Notes: generated by a model not told the origin, from the sequence alone. Positions 1-12,314 are shown, counted from the first letter of the stretch. The stretch: 64,000 nucleotides of DNA from Octopus sinensis (GCF_006345805.1 NC_043004.1:13454001-13518000); one strand, 5' to 3'. Made by a program: numbers and translations.

Positions 1-223
1 GTGTGCTTCTTTGTGTCTGTGTTTGTTCCCACACCACTGCTTCACAACCAGTGGTGATGTGTTTACGCCCCCGTAAGCTAGCGGTTCGGCGTAAGATACC
101 GATAGAATAGGTATTAGACTTTAAAAGATAGGCACTGGGGTTGATACATTCAACTAAAATGTCTTCAAGGCGTTGCCCCGGCACTGCCGTAATCTGAAGA
201 CTGACACAAGTAGAAGATAAAAA
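1..223 (+). mobile_element. 3' half of SINE family A (tRNA/CORE-like SINE with internal TA/TG microsatellite)
   Basis: Matches the 3' half (gtgtttacg..cccgtaa..tagcggttcggc...gatagaata...ctgggg...gactga.acaagta) of the fuller copies at 55611 and 56879. Confidence 0.75.
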
Positions 224-1264
224 GTTCTATTAAAATTCTGGATTGTCAAGTCTGGAATGCGTTTTGTTTGCGTGTTCGGAGTTGGATGAAAGAACAACGT
301 GCCGTTGATGGAACGTATAAGTGGTCGCTCCACCTACTAGAAATAGCAGCCGAGCATTTCTGTCGCTATATTCTATAATGTTAAGATAAAAGATGTATGA
401 GGTAGTGTTGCTTTTATGATACCTAAAATAAGGAGTGTTCCTTGGAATGCTTTTGATGATAGATCTGCTCAACCATCTCTGACCTGCGATAGAAGACAAG
501 TAAAACAGTTGTACATCATCTGTCAAATGAAAATACAACACTTTTCCTTTTTATATGTCTTATTTTAAGTTTAAATCTTCGCAGAAATATCGACTTCCGC
601 TTTACTCTTATCGTTGGTTTCGCAGAAAAAAAGAGGGAAATAGAGAAATTTTGGCGATTTTGTTAAAACCGTGTTTAAAGATAAAAATGAAATGATATGA
701 TAATAGAGGCTTGTGAAGCTATTAATGTGTCGAAAAAGTATATATTTATGGGTCTATACAGGGTGTATTCGTGCATTCACATCCTGCTTAGATTACTAAA
801 GCTGTTCATCCTTTTGGGTTTGATAAAATGAATTACTCGTGAAGAGCACGGCTTCATGCAACTGAATCCTCTTGTAGCTCAATTTTGTATCATTTGGCTA
901 ATATGAGAAATGAATACTCGTGTTAGAAGCATATGGAGAACTGACATTACGTATGTGACAAATGCGTGTTTTCTTTTTTCTCTGTCATTTCTTTCTCAGT
1001 TAACGTTAGAGTTATATCTCAGAGAGATTTGACTTCTATTTCTATCAGAGAACTGACATAGTAGAGTCTCCTTGAGTGTGTTCGTTCTTCATATTTTCTT
1101 TCTTCATTATTCAAAAGTCAAAAATGCATGCCATCAAAGTGACACTGGGGTACAAATATACGAAGCTCAATATACCCATTATGACAAACCGTCTGATAAG
1201 AGAACACCAGGCACGTGTATCACTATGATATGTGCGGGACCTGTTGATCTCATATCAATGTAAA

Positions 1265-1560
1265 CAACACTTAACCGTGTAGGAGTGTCCCAGTTAGAAT
1301 TTTCTTCAGGTCGAGTAGCCCATCGCACTCAGAAGTTCCCTGAATTAGGTTTGTTTAAGGATGATAAACGATACACCTATGTTTCAGCGATGAATTATCC
1401 AAACCCCCAAAAATTCCTCTCAATGCATTAGCTATGGTGCTCTCCCACATATCATCAGCCACTAAGGGACATGCTTAACGGGTTAAGGTCAAGTAACTGA
1501 GAAGTAAATTTGTGGTATTGAGCAGAATCATTTAAGATCAAAAGCCACGGGGGCCACTGC
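1265..1560 (-). mobile_element. Truncated copy of interspersed element family D
   Basis: Reverse complement matches 36970-37250 and 39080-39340 (ctgctcaataccaca...cttagtggctga...aacatccttaaacaa...gacctgaagaaaattctaactggg). Confidence 0.75.
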
Positions 1561-1570
1561 TTTATTAAGA

Positions 1571-1795
1571 GGGCAAGCAGGAAGAATCGTTAGCACACAG
1601 AGCAAAATTCTTTGCGGCATTTTGTCTGTTGGCACGACCTGAATTCAAATTCCGCCGAGGTCGACTTTGCCTTTCATTCTTTGGGGATTGATAAATTAAG
1701 TAGCATTAAAACACTGGGGTCGAAATAATCAACTCGTCCCCTCCCACAAAATTTCAGGTTTCCTGTGCCTATAGTAGAAAGGATTGTTGTTTTTG
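1571..1795 (+). mobile_element. SINE family B (tRNA-like head plus conserved central domain), followed by (ATT)n
   Basis: B-box-like ttcaaattcc, then gaggtcgactttgcctttcat.ctttgggg..gataaattaagta, shared with 26143 and 63485. Confidence 0.75.
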
Positions 1796-1798
1796 TTG

Positions 1799-1837
<39 letters not shown>

Positions 1838-3014
1838 GTAGTAGTAGTAGTAGTATTACTATTTTTATTATTAACATCATTATTATTATAGTTGTTGCTG
1901 TCGCATTATTTTGTTATTTCACTGAAAAACATTTCGTTTCCACGTATCTTCCAATCGATATCTTTTTGGAACATATCTTTTTTGTTGCATATTTGTCTAT
2001 TATAATCACATCCTCCACGGATTGTTACTATTCTAACAAGCTTTTTCTTTAATTCTTTTCCTTATTCTGCTTCAATATTTTATATACATCCATTCTGATG
2101 CAAAAACATTGTAGTAAAAATATATTGGCTATATGAAAAGGTAAAACATAATAACTATCAACGCTTTAAGCTAATGTTATGTTTCAAGATAGAGATGATA
2201 ATACATCTCGGGTATCATATCAATAATGGATGAAAGTAGTGGATAGGTATATGTAGGAGTACGTTTTGAAAGAATGTGGTACTGCAGATGGAACCTGATG
2301 AGGAATATTAGATATGTGCAAAAGAAAAGTCGACAGTGGCAGAAACGTTGTATGTGTTGGTCAGAGTAGCTTTCATGAAAATGGTACTAATATATATGCG
2401 AATCTGCTTGTTTTTCAGGATAATTTCCCTGGTAAAAGAATGGATTAGCTTTGGTTACTAATATGAACTTCATTAAGAATATTGCTTGTTGATTTCGTTG
2501 GGCACAGACTTTTACCCAGTTTATTTGTCCCGTTCCAAAGTTATGTTTATTAGACAGACGACTGTGATGGCGTCAAATTTCTGACTCGTTAGCAGCTCAC
2601 TTCCATTAAATTCCTTCGTTAAGATAATTAAGCTTGAATGTATAGACATATACACATACATAAACACTTGATAAATGATCCTTCAACGGTTTCGATGATG
2701 AGCATGAATTAATCAATGAAGTCCGCTGTCTCCACATTGACTCAACGTGCTGTTGGCTTTGGATTGCACTGGCAAGTGTGTACCTAAAGTAATTGGTACA
2801 CCGAAATCGCGTGATTTCAGTGTACTGCACTTGCTCAGTAACGGAAAATATGTAGTAATACGGAATCTTTGAATTACTGCAACAATCCTCCTAATCATTT
2901 CCACCCAACCATTCCTCCTAGTCACACACAAACCGCAGGTACACGTGATATTATGTTAAAAAGCAAATAAATAAATAAATACTTATCCCAATCGGCATGC
3001 AGTGTCATCGATCC

Positions 3015-3456
3015 GGATCTTTTCGGGTTGAACGGCAGTTTTTTTCTAGCGGTGTCATATGAAAATGTCACCCATAATTATGACCCTAGTATCGATCTAT
3101 TGCATTTCAATCTGTTTTAAGGTTAGGGTTAGTTATGGTGAGTATTAGGGTTAGGGTTAGGGGTGGGGGGAAGGGTATCTTTTTTTCTTCACAAATGTAA
3201 ATAAACCCAATCTATTTCTTAAACGAGGGACATATTCATACGGCACAGTATGTTTTTTTACCTCAATAGACGTCAGTGATTGGTTGAAATTGCAGAAATT
3301 GAAGAAAAAACAATAAATACCTTAAAAACTATAGAGTTTTCTCAATAAAGCCAAGAGAAAAAGATGTTTTATAAGCACATTCTACCAGTATACGAAGTTT
3401 AAAATTTTTTAGTTACCTAGAAATTATGTTAAAAACTGCCGTTCAAACCGAAAACC
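3015..3456. mobile_element. MITE with 24-bp TIRs and 9-bp direct repeats, carrying a TTAGGG-like tract
   Basis: ttttcgggttgaacggcagttttt (3020-3043) is inverse to aaaaactgccgttcaaaccgaaaa (3431-3454), 1 mismatch. catcgatcc occurs at 3006-3014 and 3457-3465. Confidence 0.7.
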
Positions 3457-4019
3457 CATCGATCCTTACACTTCCCAAGTACAAATCGAAACTCTTAACT
3501 GGGCAACGATGACAGCACGCACATACAGATATAGATATAGATGTGTGATTCAAAGATTTACTTCAGAAAGCTGTGTTACGATAGCAACGCACGAAACATT
3601 GGTGAAGCGTCTTCAGCCGTAATGTCACATCAGCCATTCAATGAAATCTTATAAAATTGAAAGACGGAAATTGTATGGATGTATGTCGTGACCTACTAAC
3701 GCGTGGGTGATAAACATAAAATGAAGGATTTATCGCCGGTTAATCACCTCTATCAACCGTATGCGTCTTATTAATGGAGTCCCTCTCTTGCAAGCGATTT
3801 TTAGTTTAGGGATAACTTGATACTTTATAATTATCTTGAAATAATTCTAACTATTGCAGCAGGATATAAACCATTTATCTTCCTCACTCTCTTCAAATCT
3901 CGAAGGACTTATGTAATAAAAACTCATGCGTACGAACACACACACACACACACACATATATTTCAGATACATATACACATATATAAATATATAATATAAA
4001 TATGTGTGTGCATATATGC

Positions 4020-4046
4020 ATATATGAATGTATGTATGCTTGTATG

Positions 4047-4080
<34 letters not shown>

Positions 4081-4200
4081 TGTATGTATGTATGTACGTA
4101 CGTACGTATGTATGTATGTATGTATGTATGTATGTATGTATGTATGTACGTACGTACGTATGTATGTATGTATGTATGTATGTATGTATGTATATATGTA
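4020..4200. repeat. (TATG)n microsatellite with TACG variants
   Basis: Direct reading; source of the spurious MYVC/HTYI ORFs. Confidence 0.95.
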
Positions 4201-4625
4201 TGTGTGTATACGTATGCAGGTGAGTGCGTTTCTGAAGTAGGAGCTTTATTCTTTTGCTTTCAGAGCTTCTAATTATCGTTGTTTCGAAATCATAGCGATG
4301 AGAATGGGACGGGAAATTACTGATAGCCACATAGCCAGTAGTGAAAAAAACATTTAAAACTTTAAGAAAAGAAAAACATCCTGTATTTTTCCTTGTAACT
4401 ACAAACGCTCTCATACACATAACCATAAATACAGAAACGCACATATACACAGACGCGCGAACATACACACATATATAAATAAATACATACATACTTATAT
4501 ACATACGTACATATATATGTATATATAGGGGGAAGCTTTATGAAAATAGACAAAAGACGAAGGCAGGTGGAAAACAAACAAACAATTGTATTAGTATGGC
4601 GCTCAGGAAATATAAATAAAACAAG

Positions 4626-4663
4626 TCTTTAACGTTTCGAGCCTACGCTCTTAAACAGAAAGA
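4626..4663 (-). ncRNA. Degenerate minimal type I hammerhead motif
   Basis: Minus strand: tcttt-CTGTTTA-A-GAGC gtag GCTC-GAAAC-GTT-aaaga. Stem I (5 bp) and stem II (4 bp) are intact; the core has 2 substitutions. Confidence 0.5.
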
Positions 4664-4861
4664 TACACAGAGAGAAAAAAACACAGAAAGAAGGAGAGAA
4701 AAAAAATGCGTGCAGTAACTAACGAATCAACATGGCGATCTGATTTCAGCTAGAGGTCAAAGATCAAACATGAGACGCGAGAGCGAAATAAGGGGAGATA
4801 ATAGGGTTGATATATATACATATATACATATATACATATATATGTGTGAGTGTGTGTATGC

Positions 4862-5080
4862 ATATATTAGACAGAATGAGATATCAAAGCCAAGGTTGTG
4901 AGCAGTTTTCAGGACATGTATAAGGAAATAGTCTTACAGCTGTTTCCAGGATATTATAGATATACCTATGATGAAGGGATATCCATAATATCTCAGAAAC
5001 AGCTGTATGACTATTTCCTTATAAATGTCCTGAAAACTCCTCTCAGCCTTGAATTTGTTATCTCATTCTGTCTAATATAT
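4862..5080. repeat. ~220-bp near-perfect palindrome built from the hammerhead-bearing 3' end of a PLE-type repeat
   Basis: 4862-4966 is the reverse complement of 4976-5080 (roughly 85-90% identity). The right arm reads ATGATGA-A-GGGATAT ccata ATATCTC a GAAAC AGCT GTA. The same family occurs unfolded at 57928-58030. Confidence 0.85.
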
Positions 5081-5225
5081 ATATATTCATGCTAATACAA
5101 GACCCACATTAGACTCCTCACTCGTATCATTATCGAACCAAGAGTTTCACTACAGTCTCTACATAGCACTTACTTAGCGTTACCTGACAATCTTTGTGTA
5201 TTCTAGATACCAATGCCTCTCTCTC

Positions 5226-5283
<58 letters not shown>

Positions 5284-5407
5284 TCGGCTCCAGCTCGTAT
5301 CCGAGCATTGTGTTCGCCACTTACTATCCAGTCTCCTCGGCTGATGTTTGTGCCGAATGTGACTTTGGCTCCAAGTCGGTGGTGAAAGAGTCGTGAGTAG
5401 AATTGCA

Positions 5408-5489
<82 letters not shown>

Positions 5490-6327
5490 AACAAACCAAT
5501 TCACTGGTACGTCTGTTGGATACCATAAAAATATTGGTATAATATAATGGTCAATTATAAAGATAAATTAAATATAGAGATATACTGGTGATAATCTAAT
5601 AATTTATTTATATTACAATGTTACATTAAATACTATGAATATAATGTGACATAACATAATATTCTATAACATAAATAATTATAAAAATCCATAAAAATCC
5701 AACGAATTGTTTCGACTTACTTTTTTTTTCTGATATACATAATCGCAGTTCAATTGTATATAAAGTTACTCCAGGGTCATAGTTTAGAAAAAGACGAAAT
5801 TCCGTGTGAAAAGATGACTGGATTGTAAAAATGAATTCAAATGTCTATGTGTATGAGATTGAGCGTTAACTATTCCATCATAAATGAATTACAATTAAAA
5901 TAACGACAAAAACAATTTAATGGTCCATACAATCAAGTAAGTGCAATCCACAACCATCGAAATTCACTTCATTACATCTCAAATACATACCAATTGAAAC
6001 CCTTCCATATCCAAGATAGTTGCTTGTCACCACAGCATACAACAATAAGATATGTGTGTATATAAATGTATATAATTAAGTATCTACGTCTTCTCCTACG
6101 TATAACTGCAACAAAAAATATATAAACAATTGCATCTTCAACACAACAACACTTTTATCTATTTAAATTAGTTGGTATGAAAAATATTATTGTTTTAATT
6201 AACAAATAATCATATTCTATACTTATTATTTTCTCGGAGAGATAATTCCGTTGTAGATATGGATAGAAAGCTAATGACAATTTCTATTTGTTTTACTTAA
6301 TCTAATGCAGGGAGAATTCCATAATAA

Positions 6328-7248
6328 TTAATAAACCTTAAAATAGAAACAGACATTTTTTACAAAGCCACAGACGCCAAACAATACCTTCTTTTTAATT
6401 CATGCCACCCAAGACACACTAAAACAAACATCCCCTTCAACCTTGCAAGAAGGATATGCACAATAGTGTCAGAACAAAATACCAGGAACTTTAGACTGCA
6501 AGAACTCAAAAACACCCTAATTGACAGACATTACCCAGCTCAACTCATAGAGGATGGGATCAGACGTGCAACAGAAATCAACATAGAAACTTTAAGAAAA
6601 GTTCAACACAACAACACACCTTCCCCGAAAATACTACCTTACATATCTACATACAACCCCAGAAACAAAGAAGCCTTCACCATCATCACCCAGAATTTAC
6701 CAATACTTCATAAAAACCCAAAATTAAAGGAAATTCTAAACATTAAAAGCTACAAACAGCCTAAATCACTTAAAAAGATTCTCACAAAGGCAAAATTGTC
6801 TTCTAAAATTACGGATGCAAAAGTAAAAAAATGTGGTAGATCGAACTGTGCAACATGTCCTAACCTATTGGAAGGATCAGAATTCTTCTTTAAAGAGGGA
6901 CAGAAATTTAAGATCAAATCTAACTTTACTTGTGCCTCTGAAAACATAATTTATGTTATTAAATGCTCGGGCTGCCACCAAGACTACGTGGGTTCCACGG
7001 GACTATCACTCAGGCGCAGATGCACACTGCATCGACAACAGATTGCATTCCCAGAATATAGAATGATACCTTTTAGTGAGCACATTGAGAAATGCGCAAA
7101 GCAACTACTGCCACAATTTTTAATCTTCCCATTTTACCAATGTGCTTTCGGATCATCAACACAAATGAGACTGAACAAGGAAACATTCTTCATTGAAAAG
7201 TACAAACCCAGACTCAACCATCCGAACATACTGACACAGAGAAATTAA
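6328..7248 (+). mobile_element. Penelope-like element (Neptune-type), 5'-truncated: RT thumb, CxxxxCxxC linker and GIY-YIG endonuclease; open for ~306 codons
   Basis: The frame is open upstream of the listed ORF: TDIFYKATDAKQYLLFNSCHPRHTKTNIPFNLARRICTIVS...KCGRSNCATC...FTCASENIIYVIKCSGCHQDYVGSTG...RLNKETFFIEKYKPRLN. Confidence 0.9.
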
Positions 7249-7390
7249 CAAGGAAAAGGGAAAAAAAAAAAAAATTTTTAAGCGATTGTCTCCCCTACAC
7301 CGGAAAAAATCACTCACTACCTCCCCTTATTTAGAAATCTCCTGGAAATAAAAACAACGATAATTCCATGCAATATAAACATAACGTCAC

Positions 7391-7430
7391 AAGAAATTTG
7401 AAAAGCTACACGCGAAACCGGTAATTTCTT
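7391..7430 (+). ncRNA. Decayed minimal hammerhead in the 3' UTR/pLTR of the Neptune PLE
   Basis: aagaaat-TTGAAAA-GC tacac GC-GAA-ACCGGT-A-atttctt. Perfect 7-bp stem I and palindromic stem III; the core differs from CTGAAGA by two transitions. Confidence 0.6.
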
Positions 7431-7610
7431 TAAAAATTTTAAAATTATGTTATTTTAAGGAAAGGGAAAAAAAAAAATTTTTTTCCAATATTCTCCAGAC
7501 ATTTTGACACAAATATATATATTTTTTAACATTTAAGCCTTCTGTCGTTTTTTCACACTCTATTTTCTTATATATTCACCCACGTGCTTTACCAAACAAA
7601 CTTTCTTATC

Positions 7611-7662
<52 letters not shown>

Positions 7663-7679
7663 AGTAGATTCAAATATTT

Positions 7680-8212
7680 CACTAAAGAGGAAAATTATAA
7701 TCGTTATAAAATGTGACTAGGGTGTTATACAACACATAGCTTGCTAGAAATACGAGCTAAAGTACTCCAATGCTGTTATTAACGCACATGAATGAATGCA
7801 TGTACACTAATAGGGATCTGTCTGAAAAATGCAAATCGAGAATTCCTATTACTGACGTCAGTTTCGGCAATTTGAGTTGCCTCATCAGTGAAGCCCACTC
7901 AATCTCAGCTTTCCTCGGCTTGCTTCATTATTAGTATATATGTTTTCGTTCTCGAAATTAATGACTGATTTAGCGATTCGCTAATGTGTATACATAAAAT
8001 TGATATAAACAACAAGTTGCAATATTTCATCAAGAAGAAGAATATAATTGTCACTAAATGTGACCAGGGTGTTAAGGAACAACTACATTGGTAGAAATAC
8101 CCTAATTCTGTAGTTAATGCACATTAAGGAAGACATACACAGTAACAGGGACCTGAATCGTTTGCAAAATGTCGATCTAGAATTCATTATATCTGACGTC
8201 AATTTCGGTAAT
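7680..8212 (-). repeat. Two diverged ~185-bp direct copies; the first carries a hammerhead core at 7850-7888
   Basis: aaatgtgac.agggtgtta...tagaaatac...ctgacgtca.tttcgg.aa occurs at ~7709-7872 and ~8056-8212. Minus strand: CTGATGA-GGCAA ctcaaa TTGCC-GAA-ACTGACGTCAGT-A. Confidence 0.65.
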
Positions 8213-8496
8213 TTTCGTGAGACGGCGTATTAAGGTTCTGCAATTTCTTGCTGAACAATCATACTGGTGATTTGTTTGTAGTGTTCAAATGTTTATATCA
8301 AATCGACATTACCTGTACAGGAGCAGCACGTGCCTCGTGTCAGGTGACGAAATGATCGCCGAGTAACGTGAAACAAAGTGTTTTACTCAAGAACAAAACT
8401 CAATGCTTGGTTTGCGTATCGAAACCCCGACCTCGCAATCGTGAGTGCAACACCCAAACAACTAAGCCATGTGGAAACACACAGAGAGACAGACAC

Positions 8497-8592
<96 letters not shown>
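8497..8592. repeat. (TCTA)n microsatellite
   Basis: Direct reading. Confidence 0.95.
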
Positions 8593-8593
<1 letters not shown>

Positions 8594-8809
8594 ACCATCT
8601 AACTATTTATCTATCAATCAATATGTACATACATATATAAATATATATATATATATACACACACACATATTCCTATAAACACACACACACACTACGCAGA
8701 CACACACACATACACACAGACAGACAGACACACACATATATATATATATAAGAGATAAACAACTATTTTTAAATCTCTGAATGAGATCTTTGTAGTAACA
8801 GTACTGTGT

Positions 8810-9271
8810 AGTCTATTTGCCAACATAACGTAGCCGTCCTGCATAGGATTATGTTATCAATGTTTAACTCCAGGAAGACATCCTTTCTAGATGGTTATCA
8901 ACACATGATTCGTGTCCGAAACATACTGTAAGTAAGGGAACTTACAACCCATTTCTAACCGTTAGCAGTACCAGCAAACCAATGGTTTCTGGGTAATTTC
9001 CTATCTCAGCTGCAGGACAACCACCTGCGTAAGGACAGCAGCCACCCGACCTTACTCACAGTATATAATTATCGAAGTCAATTACATCACTCAGAGACCA
9101 TTGGTCTGTTGGTACTGATAACGGCTAAAAGGTGATAATACGCCCTCTTACCTACAGTATGTCTCGAACACGGATCAAGTGTCGACAAACAGCTGGAAAA
9201 GATGCCTTCCTGGGGTTAAAAAATCAACATAATCCTATGCAGGACTGCTACGTTATGTTGGGAAATAAACT
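8810..9271. mobile_element. MITE-like fold-back element with ~185-bp diverged inverted arms
   Basis: tatttgccaacataacgtagccgtcctgcataggattatgtt is inverse to aacataatcctatgcaggactgctacgttatgttgggaaata; ~90-bp spacer. Confidence 0.75.
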
Positions 9272-9344
9272 TTACACTCTTGCTTCATACATCATTCAGT
9301 GATTTAAAACTAGTTGTTTTCTCTTTAGGAGATCAGTGACCGTC

Positions 9345-9576
9345 AGTCACTTCGGCAAGTATATACTATGAGCAAGGTCGGATGGCTAGTGTCTCTAGCC
9401 AGGCGGTTGTCCAGCACCGGAAAGGGAAATTACCCAGAAGCCATTGGTCTGCTGGTACTGCTAACGGCTAGAAGAGTGTAGTAATCCCCCTTACTTCCTG
9501 TGTCGATAACCAGGTGGGATTAAAATGTAGTAACAAAGTCCTATGCAGGACTGCCACGTCATGTTGGCAAATAAAC

Positions 9577-9580
<4 letters not shown>
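9345..9580 (-). mobile_element. Half copy (spacer plus one arm) of the same MITE family, inverted
   Basis: Reverse complement matches 8810-9075, ending gtcctatgcaggactgccacgtcatgttggcaaataaact. Confidence 0.7.
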
Positions 9581-9645
<65 letters not shown>

Positions 9646-10785
9646 GTATACCATAAACTTTATATATATAAATGCCCCAGAGAGAGAGAGAGAGATAGAG
9701 AGAGAGTGAGACGAAGAGAACGGAAGAAAGAGACAGACAGGTATAAAGAAAGAACGAGATAAATAGGTGTAAAGAGATAAACAAATACATAGATCGATAG
9801 GTAGATAGATTGGCAGACTGGTATCTACACTTATACAAGTATATAAAAACATATCTACACACATTGATAATGTGCGTTTTCTGTATGCGTGTATGTATGC
9901 ATGTGTATGAGTATATCTAAAGCTATATATGTGTGTGTGTGTGTTTGTTTGTGTGTGTATATGCGTGTGCCTGTGTGTATACACGTATGTGTGTATTTGT
10001 ACTTTTACATGATTAGAGTCTAACTCTTCAACATAAATGTATAACATTAGACAATGGAAACCAATTTTACAAACAATGCGAAAACGAAGCACATTAAGCA
10101 TCCGTCACTCAAACTGTAATAATCGACGTCCTGATTATTAGGGTCAAGTCACCTTGTGTCGTTGATAGACTATTCATATGATGCATACATAAACTACACC
10201 AAAATAAGTAAACAAAATGAAGGAAATACAATTATGACTAAAATATAGAAGACCGATAACGTGTCGTGTTATATTAGTTTTCTGATGCGCATAGATAAAT
10301 TCAACGACACCTACATATTAGTTGGAACTCAGTGGTATTTCTACTTTATGAGTTAGCAATCTACATTAAATGACCATTCTTGGGAATTTTGATAGGTGGA
10401 TACATAACTAACTTTTGCATAGAAATGGGAATGGTGAAGAAATCGATGATATGAGGAAGTGTTACAGAATAGGGTTTGCGGGGGAATCTATTTCTTTTTG
10501 TATTTTAGCGTGACGATTTTCATGTGATATTATCTAGGCATGCATAGCTGACCTTAACGTCATTAGCATTAAAACGTTTGTAATTATTATGCATGTGAAA
10601 TGATAATTGAAGTGTTTTTTCATTTACCTATATACCAAACGTCTATATAGACATATATGTGTATATATATATGTGTGTGTACATGTATGTGTGCGGTGCG
10701 TGTATGCACACACATAATACCTACACACATACAAATATATATATATAATATATAATATATATATATATATATAAGTATGTAGTAT

Positions 10786-10894
<109 letters not shown>

Positions 10895-11256
10895 GAAATA
10901 TGTTACGAAAAGAAAATATAAAATACACGTGGAAATGTAAGGGTAAAATATGAAAAATCAACGAAAATGCATATTGCAAATAGAAAAAGGCTATTTATGG
11001 CGGGTAGTGACAAATATATACATTTAGATTGACTGAGGTAGTGATACGAGTCATAAAGGTCATTAATATGAGATGATTATAAGATGATAATAAAGAGAAC
11101 AAAACGAACCAGTGGTTTACGCGAAGGCTATTCATCGTTTGAACAACACCGATATGTATATGTATCTATTTAAAATATAAATTTATATCTTGAGTGACAA
11201 CAACGCTCAAGATATACAACGGACTGGAAATAGAAGTGCTCTAATGAGCTGTATAC

Positions 11257-12164
11257 ACTTTTTTATCCGAGAGGAGGCAATGCGAGCAACAACCACAGGA
11301 ACATCAGAAAATCCACAGAATGACCAAACACATACAAATCTTCACATGCTCATTTATATCTATAAAGCCCGACATTTAAAAATTCAAAAATTTACTAATA
11401 TATAAATATATCATATAAAAATATAAATTTTGCATATAACACCTTGAAATTACGCATAAAACATTTAGTATAAATTTGTTACAATAAGAGAAATAAATAT
11501 AATAATAATAATTAAAAGAAATAAAGCATACAAGGCATATTAAAAGACGAATTAAAATTCTAGCAAAAAGTACATAGAAGATAATAAATTTCTGGGAGTA
11601 CCTAATTTCTCGGTTCTGAATATGGCCGGTATGTGATTGTATATTTGTTTACGTTTACTATGTGTTGTATGTATAGGACATCCTGATGAGGGGAATGCCA
11701 TTTTTAAGTATATGATATGTCTAATAATATTAATTGGCGCGTCTCCGAAACGGCCCGCAGATGGACTTCTGTGTATCTTTGTGATGGACTTCTGTGTATC
11801 TTTGTAAACTTATATTTTAGTAAACTTGTATAATTATTATCTTCTATGTACTTTTCGCTAGAATTTTAATTCGTCTTTTAATATGCCTTGTATGCTTTAT
11901 TTCTTTTAATTATTATTATTATATTTATTTCTCTTCTTGTAACAAATTTATACTAAATGTTTTAAGCATAATTTCAAGGTGTTATATGCAAAATTTATAT
12001 TTTTATATGATATATTTATATATTACTAAATTTTTTAATTTTTAAATGTCGGGCTTTATAGATATAAATGAGTATATGAAGATTTGTATGTGTTTGGTCA
12101 TTCTGTGGATTTTCTGATGTTCCTGTGGTTGTTGCTCGCATTGCCTCCCCTCGGATAAAAAAGT
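11257..12164. repeat. ~330-bp inverted repeat pair (11257-11587 / 11834-12164) around a ~245-bp spacer containing a hammerhead motif
   Basis: acttttttatccgagaggaggcaatgcgagc...gtacatagaagataataa is inverse to ttattatcttctatgtac...gctcgcattgcctcccctcggataaaaaagt; roughly 95% identity by eye. Confidence 0.9.
11679..11763 (+). ncRNA. Type I hammerhead-like motif with extended stem II and a mutated cleavage triplet
   Basis: catc-CTGATGA-GGGAATGCCA...TGGCGCGTCTCC-GAAA-CG gcc CG-CA-gatg. The U16.1 position is C. Confidence 0.55.
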
Positions 12165-12180
12165 ATATATATATATATAT

Positions 12181-12283
12181 TGGCCTGCTCGCTTAGCCAG
12201 CGGGGTGGCGTCATTCGAAGGCTAAAACAATGCGAACGCATTGTGACCAGCGATGTGTAGCAACATCTGATGATCTGGTCGGT

Positions 12284-12290
<7 letters not shown>
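12181..12290. repeat. ~110-bp GC-rich insert between two (TA)n runs; probable short interspersed element
   Basis: Sharp composition change with TA runs on both sides. Only one copy in this window. Confidence 0.4.

Positions 12291-12314
<24 letters not shown>

Noticed and set aside
2290-2356. Hammerhead (CTGATGA...GAAACGTTGTA)
   Set aside because: No stem I pairing and no convincing stem II.
3121-3175. True telomere or chromosome-fusion scar
   Set aside because: Only about 5 imperfect units, inside a TIR element.
6290-6330. Splice acceptor exonising the Penelope ORF
   Set aside because: All three frames after the AG hit stops within ~30 nt.
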